Positions 1 to 11,356 are shown, counted from the first letter of the stretch. The stretch: 64,000 nt of DNA from an uncultured Desulfosarcina sp. (GCA_963674945.2 CAXXWQ010000003.1:1856001-1920000); one strand, 5' to 3'. The notes: generated by a model from the sequence alone, not told the origin. Translations and numbers: made by a program.

Positions 1-65
1 ATGGAGTACTCCTTCTTTCCATCGGACAGATGTCTATTCGCCACCCGATCCGATCGGTTCGGAGT

Positions 66-419
66 TTACAACCGTTCGATCAAATCCAGTATCTCGGTTG
101 TTTTATGTTTTTTAATGTATGCTTTTGCCCCGATCTGAGCTGCTTCTTGACCAAACCGGTTTTCATCCAAATTTGACAGCATGATGATGTTGGCGTCCAT
201 GTCCAGCGATAGAATCGCCTTGGCCGCTGCAACACCATCGGTGCCGCGCATGGTAATATCCATGGTCACGATATCAGGGCTGAGTTCTTGGTATAAAGCG
301 ATGGCGTCATCTCCGTTGTTGGCTTCTCCGATGACTGTATGGCCGGCGCCAATCAGCGTCTGCTTGATCATTTTGCGCATGATTGACGAATCGTCTACGA
401 CCAGAATTCTCTTTCCCAT
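66..419 (-). CDS. cheY: CheY-like single-domain response regulator
   Basis: 117-aa REC domain (ILVVDD, TMDITM, terminal K), directly after cheW. Confidence 0.88.
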   Translation of the reverse strand: MGKRILVVDDSSIMRKMIKQTLIGAGHTVIGEANNGDDAIALYQELSPDIVTMDITMRGTDGVAAAKAILSLDMDANIIMLSNLDENRFGQEAAQIGAKAYIKKHKTTEILDLIERL

Positions 420-432
420 TTACCTTTTCCTT

Positions 433-960
433 TTATGCATGTACCGGTATCTTTGGTCGCTTCATGGCCTTTAATTTCTTGATCTCTTCAACCATGAGGA
501 TTCTGTTAAAATCGAGAAGTATCAAAAGCCGTTTGTCCAGTTTGCAAACTCCTCGCACATACTGACTCTTAAGGCCGGCCACGACAATATCCGGTGGCGG
601 CTTGATACTTTCCACCGGCACATTCAGGATCTTGGTCACACGATCAACGATGAATCCGGTCACCCTTTCTTCGACGACGAGAACGATGACCCAGTAATTG
701 GGATTCAGCTTTTCATCTTTCACCAGGTTCAACCGCTTTCGAAGATCGATTACCGGAATGATGTTGCCGCGCAGATTGATCACGCCCTCGATGAATTCGG
801 GTGTGTTTGGAATCGGTGTAACAGTTGTGGTTCGAAGAATCTCCTGGACACTGAGTATATCAACACCGATAAGTTCTTCTCCGATCGCAATACCAACCAG
901 TTGCATAAACTGATCACGATTGCTTCGGTCGGCATCCATTTTTCCGTATGAATCATCCAT
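433..960 (-). CDS. cheW: Chemotaxis coupling protein CheW
   Basis: GVINLRGNIIPVIDLR and GFIVDRV motifs; start set at ATG 960 with AGGAGA RBS. Confidence 0.92.
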   Translation of the reverse strand: MDDSYGKMDADRSNRDQFMQLVGIAIGEELIGVDILSVQEILRTTTVTPIPNTPEFIEGVINLRGNIIPVIDLRKRLNLVKDEKLNPNYWVIVLVVEERVTGFIVDRVTKILNVPVESIKPPPDIVVAGLKSQYVRGVCKLDKRLLILLDFNRILMVEEIKKLKAMKRPKIPVHA

Positions 961-1088
961 GTTTCTTATCTCCTTGATCGAAAGGAACGCAACGTTCGGT
1001 CTTTGCGGGAAGACTGCCGACGGAGGGAGGCAAGAGCACCCCGTCTCCCTTCCGTTTATCGGCAACTTGTTGTTTCAACAACGCAGTC

Positions 1089-3713
1089 TCACGCATCGAC
1101 CTGCTGGGATGATTGTTGGAAACCCATATCTTCCTCGATTTTAAACTGGGCAACCTGCTTTGTCAGCTCGTTGGAGAGACTCCGTAATTTTTCGGTGGTT
1201 CCCACGACGACGCCGGCACCCTCCATGGTCTGGGTGGCGGCCAAGGAGGATTCGTCCGTGATTTCCATGAGTTTGGCAGATCGTTTCGCCTGATCGCCGG
1301 TCATCTTTTTCATTTGCTGCGTACGTTTCACAACGCTCTGCATCTGACCACCAATATCGGTCATGCCCTGGTTGGCATCGGTGATCAGCTTGGAGATGGC
1401 ATTGGATTTTTCCACCAGCGCGGCCAGCGCGGACTGGGCGGCGGACCGCCGTTCGCCCTGTTGTCCGGCCATTTCGGCGATCTGGCTTGCCAGTTCATTG
1501 AGGTCTTTCATCAATTGGTCTACCTCCTAGGTCCCGGCGGCGATGTTCTCTGCTTTTTGAGCGATCTCCTGGATGGCCTTCAGGTTGGCGCCACCACCGG
1601 AGGCAATCTTCTCCAGCACCTCACGAGAACGATTGGATAGCTGGGTACCCTCCGTTACACGAGAAGAAGAATCCTTGATCAGCTGTGTAATTTCCTTGGC
1701 CGCTTCGGAGGAACGTTGGGCCAGTTTTCCCACTTCATCGGCGACCACGGCAAAGCCTTTTCCGTGAACCCCGGCGCGCGCGGCCTCGATGGCGGCGTTC
1801 AGGGACAACAGGTTGGTCTGTTCGGCAATATCGGTAATAACGGTGATGATTTCGGATATTTGCTCAGAAGATTCGGCAATTGCCTTCATACCTTCAACCG
1901 TCGCGCCGACCGATTCGGTACCTTCCTCGACCGCCCGAAGCGCATCGTTGGCAAAGTCCATTGCACTGGTCGTGGCGTTCGACAGTTCTTTCACCGCCAG
2001 ACCCATCCGGCTCACCGCCTGGGTAACGGCGACCACCTGGGCTCCCTGGCGTTGGGCATTTTGCACGACCTTGGCCCCCGTGTCACCCATGGCCTGCACA
2101 CGCCCGGTGGCTGCGTTGGCCTCTTCCACCTGGCTACCGGAGGCTGCGGAGACGGTCTTCATGCCCTCCAACAGACGGACAACGTTTCCACTGGAATGCT
2201 CGGCCGCCTCTCTCTGGGCCTCTGATGCACCGGAAACTTCGGCGGCCGTTTTTCGCATATCCTTCACGGTTTGGGTCATGAACTTCATCTGCTGCACCTG
2301 ATTCTCGGCACGCTCCCTGTTGGCCGTTGCCCGCTGGGCCACGTCGCCGGCATGGCTCTGCACTTCTCTTGCGGCGCCGGTAACCACTCGAAAGGACTCC
2401 CTGAGCAGTTTCATCATGCGGTTGAATTCGGAGGCCATGACACCCACCTCGTCTTTACCTTCGACGGGCACCTGGACCGTCAGATCCCGATCCCTGGCAA
2501 CTTTGTTAACGGCCTGGACGATGTTGAGGACGGGGCCTGCAATGGCCCTGGCCACAACGATTCCCAAGAAGCCGAAAAGGATAATGGCGCCGAAGGTTAT
2601 ACCAAACTCGAAAACCAGGCTGCGCTGGGCCAGATCCTCAATCCGGTTGGCGGCATCCAAAAACTCATCTTCGTACGATCCGGCACCGATGACCCAGTCC
2701 CAAGGCTCGAAATACATGATTCGGGCAACCTTCATTCTCGGTTCGGGTTCTCCGGGGTTCTGCCAGGTGTAACGGGTCTGGCCGACGCCGCCTTTGTCGA
2801 GGGCCAGCGCTTGTGCAACGATATCTTGAACAAACAGATTGCCATCACTATCTTTTGACTGGGATATATCCTGCCCGTCACGTTTTCCCTTTTCGGAAAT
2901 CACATAGTGTCCCTGGCTGTCCAATACGAAAAGATAGCCGGTTTTACCGATTTTGATGTTGTAAATCGCCTGCCGGAGGCTTTTTACACTTTCCTGGGGA
3001 ATTCCCACGGAGAGCATGCCCGTGACATTTTTATTTGCATCGTAAATGGGCTCATATACGGTCAGATACCATCGGTCCACGACGAAGGCGCGCCCTTGAT
3101 ACGTCTTGCCGGAAAATACACTGGTCAGAACCGGATTCTCCTTTCCGTCGAGATTAAACCGCGGGATATAGGTTCCCAACGCCCGTGCGCCATCGGCTTC
3201 GACCACGTTGGTGGCGGCACGGATCATGTCACCCTTTTCATTCATTCGTTGGAAAATCGTACAGGAGACATCTTCCGCGAGATTTCCGATCTGATCGACC
3301 ACGGGCACGGGTGTGGCGGTGTCGCGTACCTGCCCGAACGGGGAAGCTCCCACCATCATCTTCGGAAGCCTCACCGACCGACTCTCTTTGGTGATCTGGT
3401 TCACTGCATCCCAGGCGACCGTGTCCTTCGCAAATGAGATCCCCCCCAGATCCGAAGTCATTTTGCGAACGACGTTAAGGTAGTTTCTCAACGATTTGGT
3501 CAGCACATCGTTCTGTGTCTGACACATTCGGTATACGCCGTCCGCGATGTGATCCAGGTCTGTCGTGGCCAGTTTGATACTTTCCTCAGTGGAAACATTC
3601 CGCATTTTAGTATTCTCATAAGATGAGAAGATGGAGACAATCAATACCGGCACCATCGTTGCCGATACTGCAAGCAAAATGATTTTCGTCCTGAGCTTAA
3701 GATCTTTAAACAT
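1089..3713 (-). pseudogene. Methyl-accepting chemotaxis protein (Cache-type sensor, HAMP, MA domain) interrupted by an in-frame TAG at 1527-1529
   Basis: Hairpin tip [33 protein letters not shown] in ORF 1527..3713. ORF 1089..1514 is in the same frame (ACC TAG GAG GTA GAC CAA TTG ATG) and encodes the return helix ending VAQFK. Confidence 0.8.
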
Positions 3714-3815
3714 AATGGATTCTCCCTGGTTGATGTATGATTCTAAATCTTTGTTTTGTCATCCATATGAATTTGCGATGCTTTTCTTCGTTGTTTTGAA
3801 AGGAAAACGTCATTA

Positions 3816-5042
3816 TCAAGCGCCGGCCAGACAATGGGAACGAACCGTCTCTGCCATATCGCGCCCGGGCAGGAAAATGGGTAACCCGTATCGTTGGACG
3901 GCCGCCGCCGTCGTATCCTTGCACAGGCATGTCTTCGGATCCTGGACGATGGCGTTTCCGCCACCATCCAGGATGCGTCCGACACCGGCGACACCATCGT
4001 CTCCGATACCGGATAATAAAATTGCAGAGGCCTGGGCCCGCAATGCTTCTGATAATGAAGTCATCAGGTGGTCGGAGGCCTGTTTTGGATCCGTTCCGTT
4101 TCTTTCTTTCAGCCGGAAGGACAGGACGTCGGAATCTTTGGTTAAGGCAATCTCTTCGAAGGCCGAGGCCAGGTAACAATGGCCGGCAGCAAGGGGCATG
4201 CCGTCCTGTGCACGGCAAACCGTCAGCCGGCTATACTGCCCCAGATACCGGGAAAAGGCGTCGACATGGGAGGGTGTCGCATACAATACAGAAACGAAGG
4301 CGGCCGGAAGATCAGGGTCGATTACCGGGATCAGACCCAGAAGAGCGCCGTAGCTACCGTACGTGCTTCCGATGGCGAAAACCCGTCGACACACCCTGTT
4401 GTCATCGGTTATCTTGCCATCGTTCACCTTTGCCGGTCGCAGATATCGGATGGTATCGATACCTGCACGGGCAGCATTCTTCACGCGGCTGATGATCAGT
4501 TCGTGTTGACTCTTCAGATCTTCTTTTTGCAGCCTGGAGGGTTTCTGTAGAAAATCGACGGCACCGTACCGCAGTGCCTCGAAGGTCTCTGTGGCACCCT
4601 GCCCCGTGAGCGTGCTGAACATGACCACCGGTGTGGGACACTTTACCATGATGTGTTTGATGGCGGTCAGGCCGTCCATCACCGGCATGTTCACATCCAG
4701 TGTCACCACATCCGGTCGCAGGGCCGGAATCAATTCCAGCGCCTTCTTGCCGTTTTCGGCCTCGCCGACCACTTGCAGTTGCTCGTCACCGGCGAACAGT
4801 TCTTTGATCATTCTTCGCAATAGGGTCGAATCATCGACGATCAGGACGGTAATGGGACGCCTCTGATCGGACGCTGACGCCAGGATGTGCGAGAAGGTAT
4901 TGATACGCCCATTATCCGTTGTGGGCTTGGAAATCATCAGCACTTCACTGCATTGACAGCACTCGAATGAGTGCATCTGAACATCGATATTCTCTACATT
5001 CAGTTCGTTTCTGGCACCACACTCCTCACAAAAAATGACCAT
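3816..5042 (-). CDS. cheB: CheB-like protein: N-terminal Zn ribbon, REC domain, degenerate methylesterase domain
   Basis: CEECG...CCQC, REC with TLDVNMPVMDG, C-terminal LSGIGDDG and IVQDPKTC; catalytic Ser and His motifs altered. Confidence 0.8.
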   Translation of the reverse strand: MVIFCEECGARNELNVENIDVQMHSFECCQCSEVLMISKPTTDNGRINTFSHILASASDQRRPITVLIVDDSTLLRRMIKELFAGDEQLQVVGEAENGKKALELIPALRPDVVTLDVNMPVMDGLTAIKHIMVKCPTPVVMFSTLTGQGATETFEALRYGAVDFLQKPSRLQKEDLKSQHELIISRVKNAARAGIDTIRYLRPAKVNDGKITDDNRVCRRVFAIGSTYGSYGALLGLIPVIDPDLPAAFVSVLYATPSHVDAFSRYLGQYSRLTVCRAQDGMPLAAGHCYLASAFEEIALTKDSDVLSFRLKERNGTDPKQASDHLMTSLSEALRAQASAILLSGIGDDGVAGVGRILDGGGNAIVQDPKTCLCKDTTAAAVQRYGLPIFLPGRDMAETVRSHCLAGA

Positions 5043-5103
5043 ATTCCCTTCTCCGGTGGAAAGCTACAGCAATTTCAAGAAACAGTTGATGTTTTGTGGC
5101 TAA

Positions 5104-7012
5104 GGGCTCGCGCAAAAATAAATTCACATTTTCATGGTGAGATCGAATAGTTCCAATTTGGCCGTTGAGTATATCGTCTCAAGTTTATTTGATGCATTTG
5201 TTGGTCGGAGACCTTTTTACCTTTACGGTAATTCTTGTTGTTAAGAAAAACGCGGATTTTCAACCCTGTCGCGGTTTTGGTCGAACGAATGAATTTCAAC
5301 ACAGTTTCGTAATCAAGCAAGGGTTGTGCTGCCCAGTTGTTGCTAATGAAAGAAAACATACGGTGTTCGATGGGATTCCACTTGGAGGAACCGGGTGGAT
5401 AATGACATACTTTGACCTTCAGGCCGAAGCGGCTGCAAAGACGGATCTGCAGCTGCTGTTTCCAAAGCCGGATTCTGTAGCCATTGCTTCCACCACAATC
5501 GGCCAGAATGAGCAGACGATCGGCATCAGGATAGTGGCGAGAACCAACTTTTTGCCACCATGTACGGATAGAATCTACGGCAAACTCGGAAGTATCGCGA
5601 CTGGTGCCAACACATACAAAGCCCTTGTTTTGAATAATGTCATAGATACCGTATGGGATCGCAACACCATTGGCGTCAGAGGGGAAATCATGATCCAAGA
5701 CTTTTATCGGTGCTTGGCTCCATCGACGCCCGGCCTGATGGAACGGTCCTATTAGTTCTCGGCTTTTGGTATCAACACTGATCACGGGCATTCCGTCGGC
5801 TTTATAGCAGCGTATCTGGCTGCGAAGATAGCGAAACTGTAAATCACGCTGGTGGGGATCGGGTGGTTTACTCTGCCCGGATTCAAGACATTTAAGATTC
5901 AAGCGTAGGGAATAGTTCATTTGCTTTAACAATCTACCCACTGTTTTGGCCGATACCCGGATGCCGGCACGTTTCAATTGTTGGGCGATTTTTCCTGTGG
6001 TCTTGCGTGTCCACTTACACCCACTTACCGGATCACCAGCGGTCTCGTGCTCCATGATGACGGCGATGGCGTCTATGATTTCGGGCGTTTTTTTTCTTGC
6101 AGAAGGCGCCCGCCTCCTGCTGCCCGAACTTTTTGGGTACTCAAATCGCCGCTGATCAGTTCTTGTCGACCACGTGCTACGGTATGAGGATCCATGCCAA
6201 GCAGCGATGCGATGTAGGCGTCACCGCCGTGGCCCAACTTTAACGATTCAAGCCCGGCGTATAGCCGGCGTTGGCGTTCATCGAGCATACTGCAAAAAAG
6301 AACAATTATGGCCTTGGCCTCTTCTGCGGCCAAGTCGGGATTGGTTACGATAACAGAAGCCAAGGACTTTTTTAAACGGGATTTGCGAACTTTCTCCTGT
6401 CTGCGAGCAACAACGTTTTCAGGAGACAGATAAATGTAGACAGCCTCGAATTTTTTACGCTGAAGCCGGTTGTCGCGTACCAGTTGGGTCAACGCATGTT
6501 TGGTCTTGACGTGCAAAATATCTTTTAGTTCGGCGGCGCTGTACCCCGCCTCTGATCGGGCAACAAGGGTCTCGGCTGTTTGAAGCAAATTACCGAAACG
6601 TGAAAACCAAACATATTTGCAAGACCAAAGGCCAAGTTTAGAAAATCGCGCAATGCATAAAAGAGTATAAAATTTACCTCGATGCGAATAACTGCTCAGA
6701 TACTTCAGCTGCGCCAATTTTCGAAACAGCGTTGCTCGAGCCGGATTTCCAAGCGCCTCTTGAAGTTGATTAAAAGTGGCGATTTTGTGAACACCAAAGA
6801 AATCCTTTATGTCTTGGAGATGGTATTTTGTCTTATTCATAATGATACAATTAGCCCTACAGGTCGATTCTGTCAAGGCCAATGATCTCATTATGAGCAA
6901 CAGGACAATATATTGCTATTTAGCCAATTATACGGATTTGTTGCAAACAACCATAGGATAGTTAATGAGACTATTAGCCTCATAATATGTTAAATTATTT
7001 TTGCGCGAGCCC
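5104..7012 (-). mobile_element. ISAzo13-family insertion sequence
   Basis: Terminal IRs GGGCTCGCGCAAAAATAA (about 26 bp, 2 mismatches) at both ends; TAA direct repeats at 5101-5103 and 7013-7015; contains a DDE transposase. Confidence 0.92.
5132..6840 (-). CDS. ISAzo13 DDE transposase in two ORFs joined by a -1 frameshift at A8 (6088-6095)
   Basis: SVDTK, ADCGGSNG and KWNPIEHRMF motifs. The -1 frame at GAAAAAAAAC continues as TPEIIDAIAVIMEHETAGDP. Confidence 0.85.
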
Positions 7013-7017
7013 TAAGT

Positions 7018-7044
7018 ATATCGGTCTGTGCAAAATAAACTTAA
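7018..7044 (-). promoter_or_regulatory. sigma28 (FliA)-type promoter of the che operon
   Basis: Minus strand TTAAGTTT-N11-ACCGATAT versus consensus TAAAGTTT-N11-GCCGATAA; faces the che genes. Confidence 0.72.
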
Positions 7045-7283
7045 AGAAAATTAGCCGGTAAACCAAATTCAGTTGCTGATACAAATTCGGCTTGTGAGAA
7101 TGATGTTTTATTGCGGAGTGGTAATGGTTTGGTGACGGTTCTTCGGATGTGAAGAGAATGGATACGGAATCGGTCGAACAGGGATTGTCAAGCCATACAG
7201 CGGTGATCCGACAAGGAAGCGGCAAACAGACGATTCGGATCGTCAGGACGAATGTGTCTTTGAGAGTAAGGCCTTCTTTCGAA

Positions 7284-7634
7284 TCACGTTGTCTTATCTT
7301 TGGACGACCGGTAGATGCGTACCCTGGCCTTTTCCACGGTGACGATCCCCTCGGCAATGACGGGATCGATGGTCTGGATAAACGTTTCGATTTTCTCGGG
7401 AGTGTCGATGATTTCCACAATCACGGGCAAGTCCTGAGACAGTCGTAAGATCTTGGTTGTATGAATCAAGCTGTTGGCGCCGAATCCTTGAATCCCCCGA
7501 ATCACGGTGGCGCCGGCCATTTTCTCGGCCCTGGCCGTTCGAACGATCCATTCGTAGAGCGGAATGCGTCCGTGCCGGCTCGATTCTCCGATGAAGATAC
7601 GCAGCAACAGCCCTGCTTCCTTAAATACGATCAT
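7284..7634 (-). CDS. DUF190 (PII-like) protein
   Basis: LLRIFIGES, GATVIRGIQGFG, LSQDLPVIVEIID; usual crcB neighbour; GAGGAGGT RBS. Confidence 0.88.
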   Translation of the reverse strand: MIVFKEAGLLLRIFIGESSRHGRIPLYEWIVRTARAEKMAGATVIRGIQGFGANSLIHTTKILRLSQDLPVIVEIIDTPEKIETFIQTIDPVIAEGIVTVEKARVRIYRSSKDKTT

Positions 7635-7698
7635 ACAAGCACCTCCTCGGCGCCCTCTGCGGTTCAACCGATGTTCTTCGCCTTGCAATACGTTTCGC

Positions 7699-8079
7699 TC
7701 ACAGTAATCGGGATAGCATGTGGCCGGCCAAGACGGCACTGAATCCAATGAACAGACTGCCCCCCACATTTCCCATGGCGGTCAGCCATTGCCCCGCTTT
7801 GACAAGGTTGAAGGTCTCCAGGCCGAAGGTGGAAAAAGTCGTGAAACTGCCCAAAATTCCCACGAATAAAAAAGCTCTCAGTTCCGCCGAAAAAAGCTGG
7901 TGGCTCTCCATAAGCCCGCCACCGAATCCGATGAGCCAACAACCGATGACATTTACCGTCATTGTACCGATGGGAAAAGATTCGAATCGGGTAAGGGAGT
8001 GCACACCACCTGCAACCAGATATCGCAAGATCGCTCCCAAAAAACCACCAAAGCCGACATAAACGATATTCGGCATCAT
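7699..8079 (-). CDS. crcB: Fluoride efflux channel CrcB/FluC
   Basis: GGFLGAILRY, GTMTVNVIG and GSFTTFSTF signature motifs. Confidence 0.93.
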   Translation of the reverse strand: MMPNIVYVGFGGFLGAILRYLVAGGVHSLTRFESFPIGTMTVNVIGCWLIGFGGGLMESHQLFSAELRAFLFVGILGSFTTFSTFGLETFNLVKAGQWLTAMGNVGGSLFIGFSAVLAGHMLSRLL

Positions 8080-8274
8080 CAACTCCCATAATTTTCAGTC
8101 AATGATTAGATCCAACGCAATGGTATCCATATCAACTATCCGTCGGGATGTCTTCATCCTTTTTCTTGAAACGATAAACATATCCCCATCACGCAATCGG
8201 ATTCCGAATGTATTTTATTCTTGACATAATGCTTTTCTGTGAATATTTCTTGGTTAAAAAAGGTTTTTATCAGC

Positions 8275-8742
8275 ATGATTGACGAAATTAGCTTAAAAAT
8301 CCTGAAGATTCTTCAAAAGAAGGCGCGGATCCCCAATGTGGAAGTGGCCCGACAGGTGGGAATGGCCCCATCGGCCGTTCTCGAGCGCATTCGGAAACTG
8401 GAACGAACGGGACTCATCGACGGCTATGAAGTGCGTCTCAACCCGGAACGGTTCGGGAAAAGCCAGGTCGCCTTCATCCAGGTCCGAACCGATGGGAAAA
8501 ACGATGAAAGAAAACTGGTGGAAGCATTATCCGGTCTGGACCAGGTCCAGGAGATCCATTATGTCGCAGGCACGGATGGCTATCTGTTAAAAGTCCGGGA
8601 GACTGACACCAAGTCCTTGGGGGCATTGGTGAGAACGAAAATCGTTACCATCAAAGGTGTCATTTCCACGAAATCCATCATCGTCATGAACACTTTCAAG
8701 GAAACCGCAAGAATCCCCATTGACGATCAGGATCCTGTATGA
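8275..8742 (+). CDS. Lrp/AsnC-family transcriptional regulator
   Basis: IDEISLKILKILQKKAR...VLERIRKLE HTH plus C-terminal effector domain. Confidence 0.9.
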   Translation: MIDEISLKILKILQKKARIPNVEVARQVGMAPSAVLERIRKLERTGLIDGYEVRLNPERFGKSQVAFIQVRTDGKNDERKLVEALSGLDQVQEIHYVAGTDGYLLKVRETDTKSLGALVRTKIVTIKGVISTKSIIVMNTFKETARIPIDDQDPV

Positions 8743-8805
8743 CAACCCTTGACGGCTTGTTACGAGTTTATAAAAAATTTATCAGAATGAAAAAAGAGGC
8801 ATCGT

Positions 8806-10035
8806 ATGATTCGAATCAATGAAAATTATCTGAAGTTAAAAGCATCCTACCTCTTCTCCGATATCGCCAAACGGGTGGCGAAATATCAGCAGGATCATCC
8901 GGAGGCCGAAGTGATTCGACTGGGCATCGGCGACGTCACCCGTGCCCTTCCCAACGCGTGCATCGACGCCTTTCATTCGGCTGTGGACGAAATGGCAGAC
9001 GATGCCAGTTTCCGGGGATACGGACCGGAACAGGGCTATGAATTTTTACGAGATGCCATCTCAAAAAACGATTTTTCATCTCGCGGAGCGGATATCCATG
9101 CCGATGAGATTTTCATTAGCGACGGCGCCAAATGCGACACCGGCAACATTCAAGAGATCTTCGATGAAAATGCAGTTGTCGCTATCCCCGACCCGGTGTA
9201 CCCGGTATACCTGGATACCAACGTCATGGCCGGTCGCACGGGTGCTTACAAAAACGGACGTTACGAAAGAATCGTTTATCTCGACGGCAATGCCGAAAAT
9301 GGCTTCATTCCCGAGCTTCCCCGTCAGACGGTGGATTTGATATACCTTTGCTTTCCCAACAATCCCACCGGTGCTACGATCACCAAGGACCAGCTGGCGA
9401 CCTGGGTGGACTATGCCAGGGACAATCGCGCCATCATCTTATTCGATGCCGCCTATGAGGCCTTTATCCAAGACGCCACCATTCCCCGCTCCATTTATGA
9501 AATCGAGGGAGCAAAAGAGGTCGCCATCGAGTTCAGGAGCTTCTCCAAGACCGCAGGGTTTACCGGCACCCGATGCGCCTACACCGTGATTCCCAAAAGC
9601 TTGATGGCCTACAGTGCCAAGCACGAGGCCCATTCGGTTCATGGTTTATGGAATCGACGGCACAGCACGAAATTCAACGGTGTATCCTACCCGGTACAGC
9701 GCGCGGCGGCGGCGATTTACGAGGAGGATGGCAAGAGGCAGGTGAGGACCCTTATCGATTACTACATGACCAATGCCCGATTGATACGGGAATCGATGCA
9801 GGAGCTGGGCTATGATTGTATCGGCGGTGAGAACTCCCCGTATATCTGGATATCGACCCAGACCGACTCATGGTCCTTTTTCGATATGCTGCTTGACAAA
9901 GCCGGTGTAGTTTGCACGCCGGGAGCCGGATTCGGAAGCTGTGGTGAAGGCTATATCCGAATCAGCGCCTTCAACAGCCGTGAAAATGTTACCACCGCAA
10001 TGTCCCGTATCGCTCGTGCGCTTTCCGATTCTTGA
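8806..10035 (+). CDS. dapL: LL-diaminopimelate aminotransferase
   Basis: [34 protein letters not shown] (PLP lysine). Confidence 0.95.
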   Translation: MIRINENYLKLKASYLFSDIAKRVAKYQQDHPEAEVIRLGIGDVTRALPNACIDAFHSAVDEMADDASFRGYGPEQGYEFLRDAISKNDFSSRGADIHADEIFISDGAKCDTGNIQEIFDENAVVAIPDPVYPVYLDTNVMAGRTGAYKNGRYERIVYLDGNAENGFIPELPRQTVDLIYLCFPNNPTGATITKDQLATWVDYARDNRAIILFDAAYEAFIQDATIPRSIYEIEGAKEVAIEFRSFSKTAGFTGTRCAYTVIPKSLMAYSAKHEAHSVHGLWNRRHSTKFNGVSYPVQRAAAAIYEEDGKRQVRTLIDYYMTNARLIRESMQELGYDCIGGENSPYIWISTQTDSWSFFDMLLDKAGVVCTPGAGFGSCGEGYIRISAFNSRENVTTAMSRIARALSDS

Positions 10036-10052
10036 TCATAGGAGTGTCTCCC

Positions 10053-11342
10053 ATGCCCATGTCAACCGACTTTGAGAACCGACTCTACCCGCAGATAAAT
10101 GAGATTGCCAAGCACTTCGGCACGCCGTTTCACATCTACGACGAAGTGGGGATTCGCGAAACCGGAGAACGTCTGAAGCATGTCTTTTCGGCTATCCCCG
10201 GCTTCCGCGAGTACTTTGCGGTAAAAGCCCTCCCCAACCCTGCCGTACTTTCCATCATGGCCGATATGGGATTCGGTTTTGATTGCAGCTCTCTTGCAGA
10301 ACTATCCCTTGCGCGGCGGGTGGGTGCCTGCGGCGACGACCTGATGTTCACCTCCAACAATACAACCCGAGAAGAATTTTCCATGGCCATGGAAAGTGGC
10401 GGCAGCATCATTAACCTGGACGACATCTCCCTGGTGGAAAAACTTCCCGCTATACCGGAGATGATCTGCTTCCGATACAACCCGGGGCAGCGCCGGACTG
10501 GAAACTTTATCATCGGAAGTCCCATGGAAGCCAAGTACGGCGTCAGCCACGACCAATTGGTCCAGGCATACCGACTCGCAATGGATCGGGGCGCCGAACG
10601 ATTCGGTCTTCATACCATGCTTGCCTCCAATGAACGGGACTACACATACATGGTCGAAACGGCCAAGATGTTGTTGGACCAGGCAAAGCGAATCACCGAT
10701 GCCTTGGGCATCGATTTCGATTTCATCAACATCGGCGGTGGATTGGGGATTCCCTACCATCCGGAGGACGAACCGTTGGATCTTGCTGCCATGGCCCGTG
10801 ACATAACGGCCGTCATCGACACCTTCGGGAAACGACACGGCCGCCAACCGAAGCTTTTTATGGAGAGCGGTCGCTATATGACCGGACCTCATGGGGTCCT
10901 CGTGGCAAGGGCCATCAACCGGAAAGAGATCTACCGCACCTATGTGGGCCTGGACGCGTGCATGTCCTCTTTAATGCGACCGGCCATTTACAATGCCTAT
11001 CACCACATTACCATTCCCGGAAAGGTACCGGGGATCAATGAAGTTGTCGATGTGGTGGGCTCCCTTTGTGAAAACAACGACAAATTCGCCATACAGCGCT
11101 CCCTTCCTCCCATTGATGATGGGGACCTGGTCGTCATTCACGATACGGGTGCTCACGGCCACGCCATGGGTTTTAACTATAACGGTAAACTTCGCCCGAA
11201 GGAACTACTGCTCAAGGAGGATAAAACGGTGGAACTGATCCGCCGTGAGGAGCAACTGGATGATTATTTCGCCACCCTTTCCTTCACACCGGACGTCTTT
11301 TCTTCCCAACTGAATAATTCTGCTCGACAATTGGCCAATTAA
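10053..11342 (+). CDS. lysA: Diaminopimelate decarboxylase
   Basis: YFAVKA PLP lysine, NIGGGLG, ESGRY, GSLCENND; follows dapL. Confidence 0.93.
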   Translation: MPMSTDFENRLYPQINEIAKHFGTPFHIYDEVGIRETGERLKHVFSAIPGFREYFAVKALPNPAVLSIMADMGFGFDCSSLAELSLARRVGACGDDLMFTSNNTTREEFSMAMESGGSIINLDDISLVEKLPAIPEMICFRYNPGQRRTGNFIIGSPMEAKYGVSHDQLVQAYRLAMDRGAERFGLHTMLASNERDYTYMVETAKMLLDQAKRITDALGIDFDFINIGGGLGIPYHPEDEPLDLAAMARDITAVIDTFGKRHGRQPKLFMESGRYMTGPHGVLVARAINRKEIYRTYVGLDACMSSLMRPAIYNAYHHITIPGKVPGINEVVDVVGSLCENNDKFAIQRSLPPIDDGDLVVIHDTGAHGHAMGFNYNGKLRPKELLLKEDKTVELIRREEQLDDYFATLSFTPDVFSSQLNNSARQLAN

Positions 11343-11356
11343 TTGCGAAAATAAGT

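Noticed and set aside
8085..8200. Fluoride riboswitch upstream of crcB
   Set aside because: Only a loose GTGATGGGG...GACATCCC resemblance; P1 pairing and the conserved 3' motif are not convincing without an Rfam scan.
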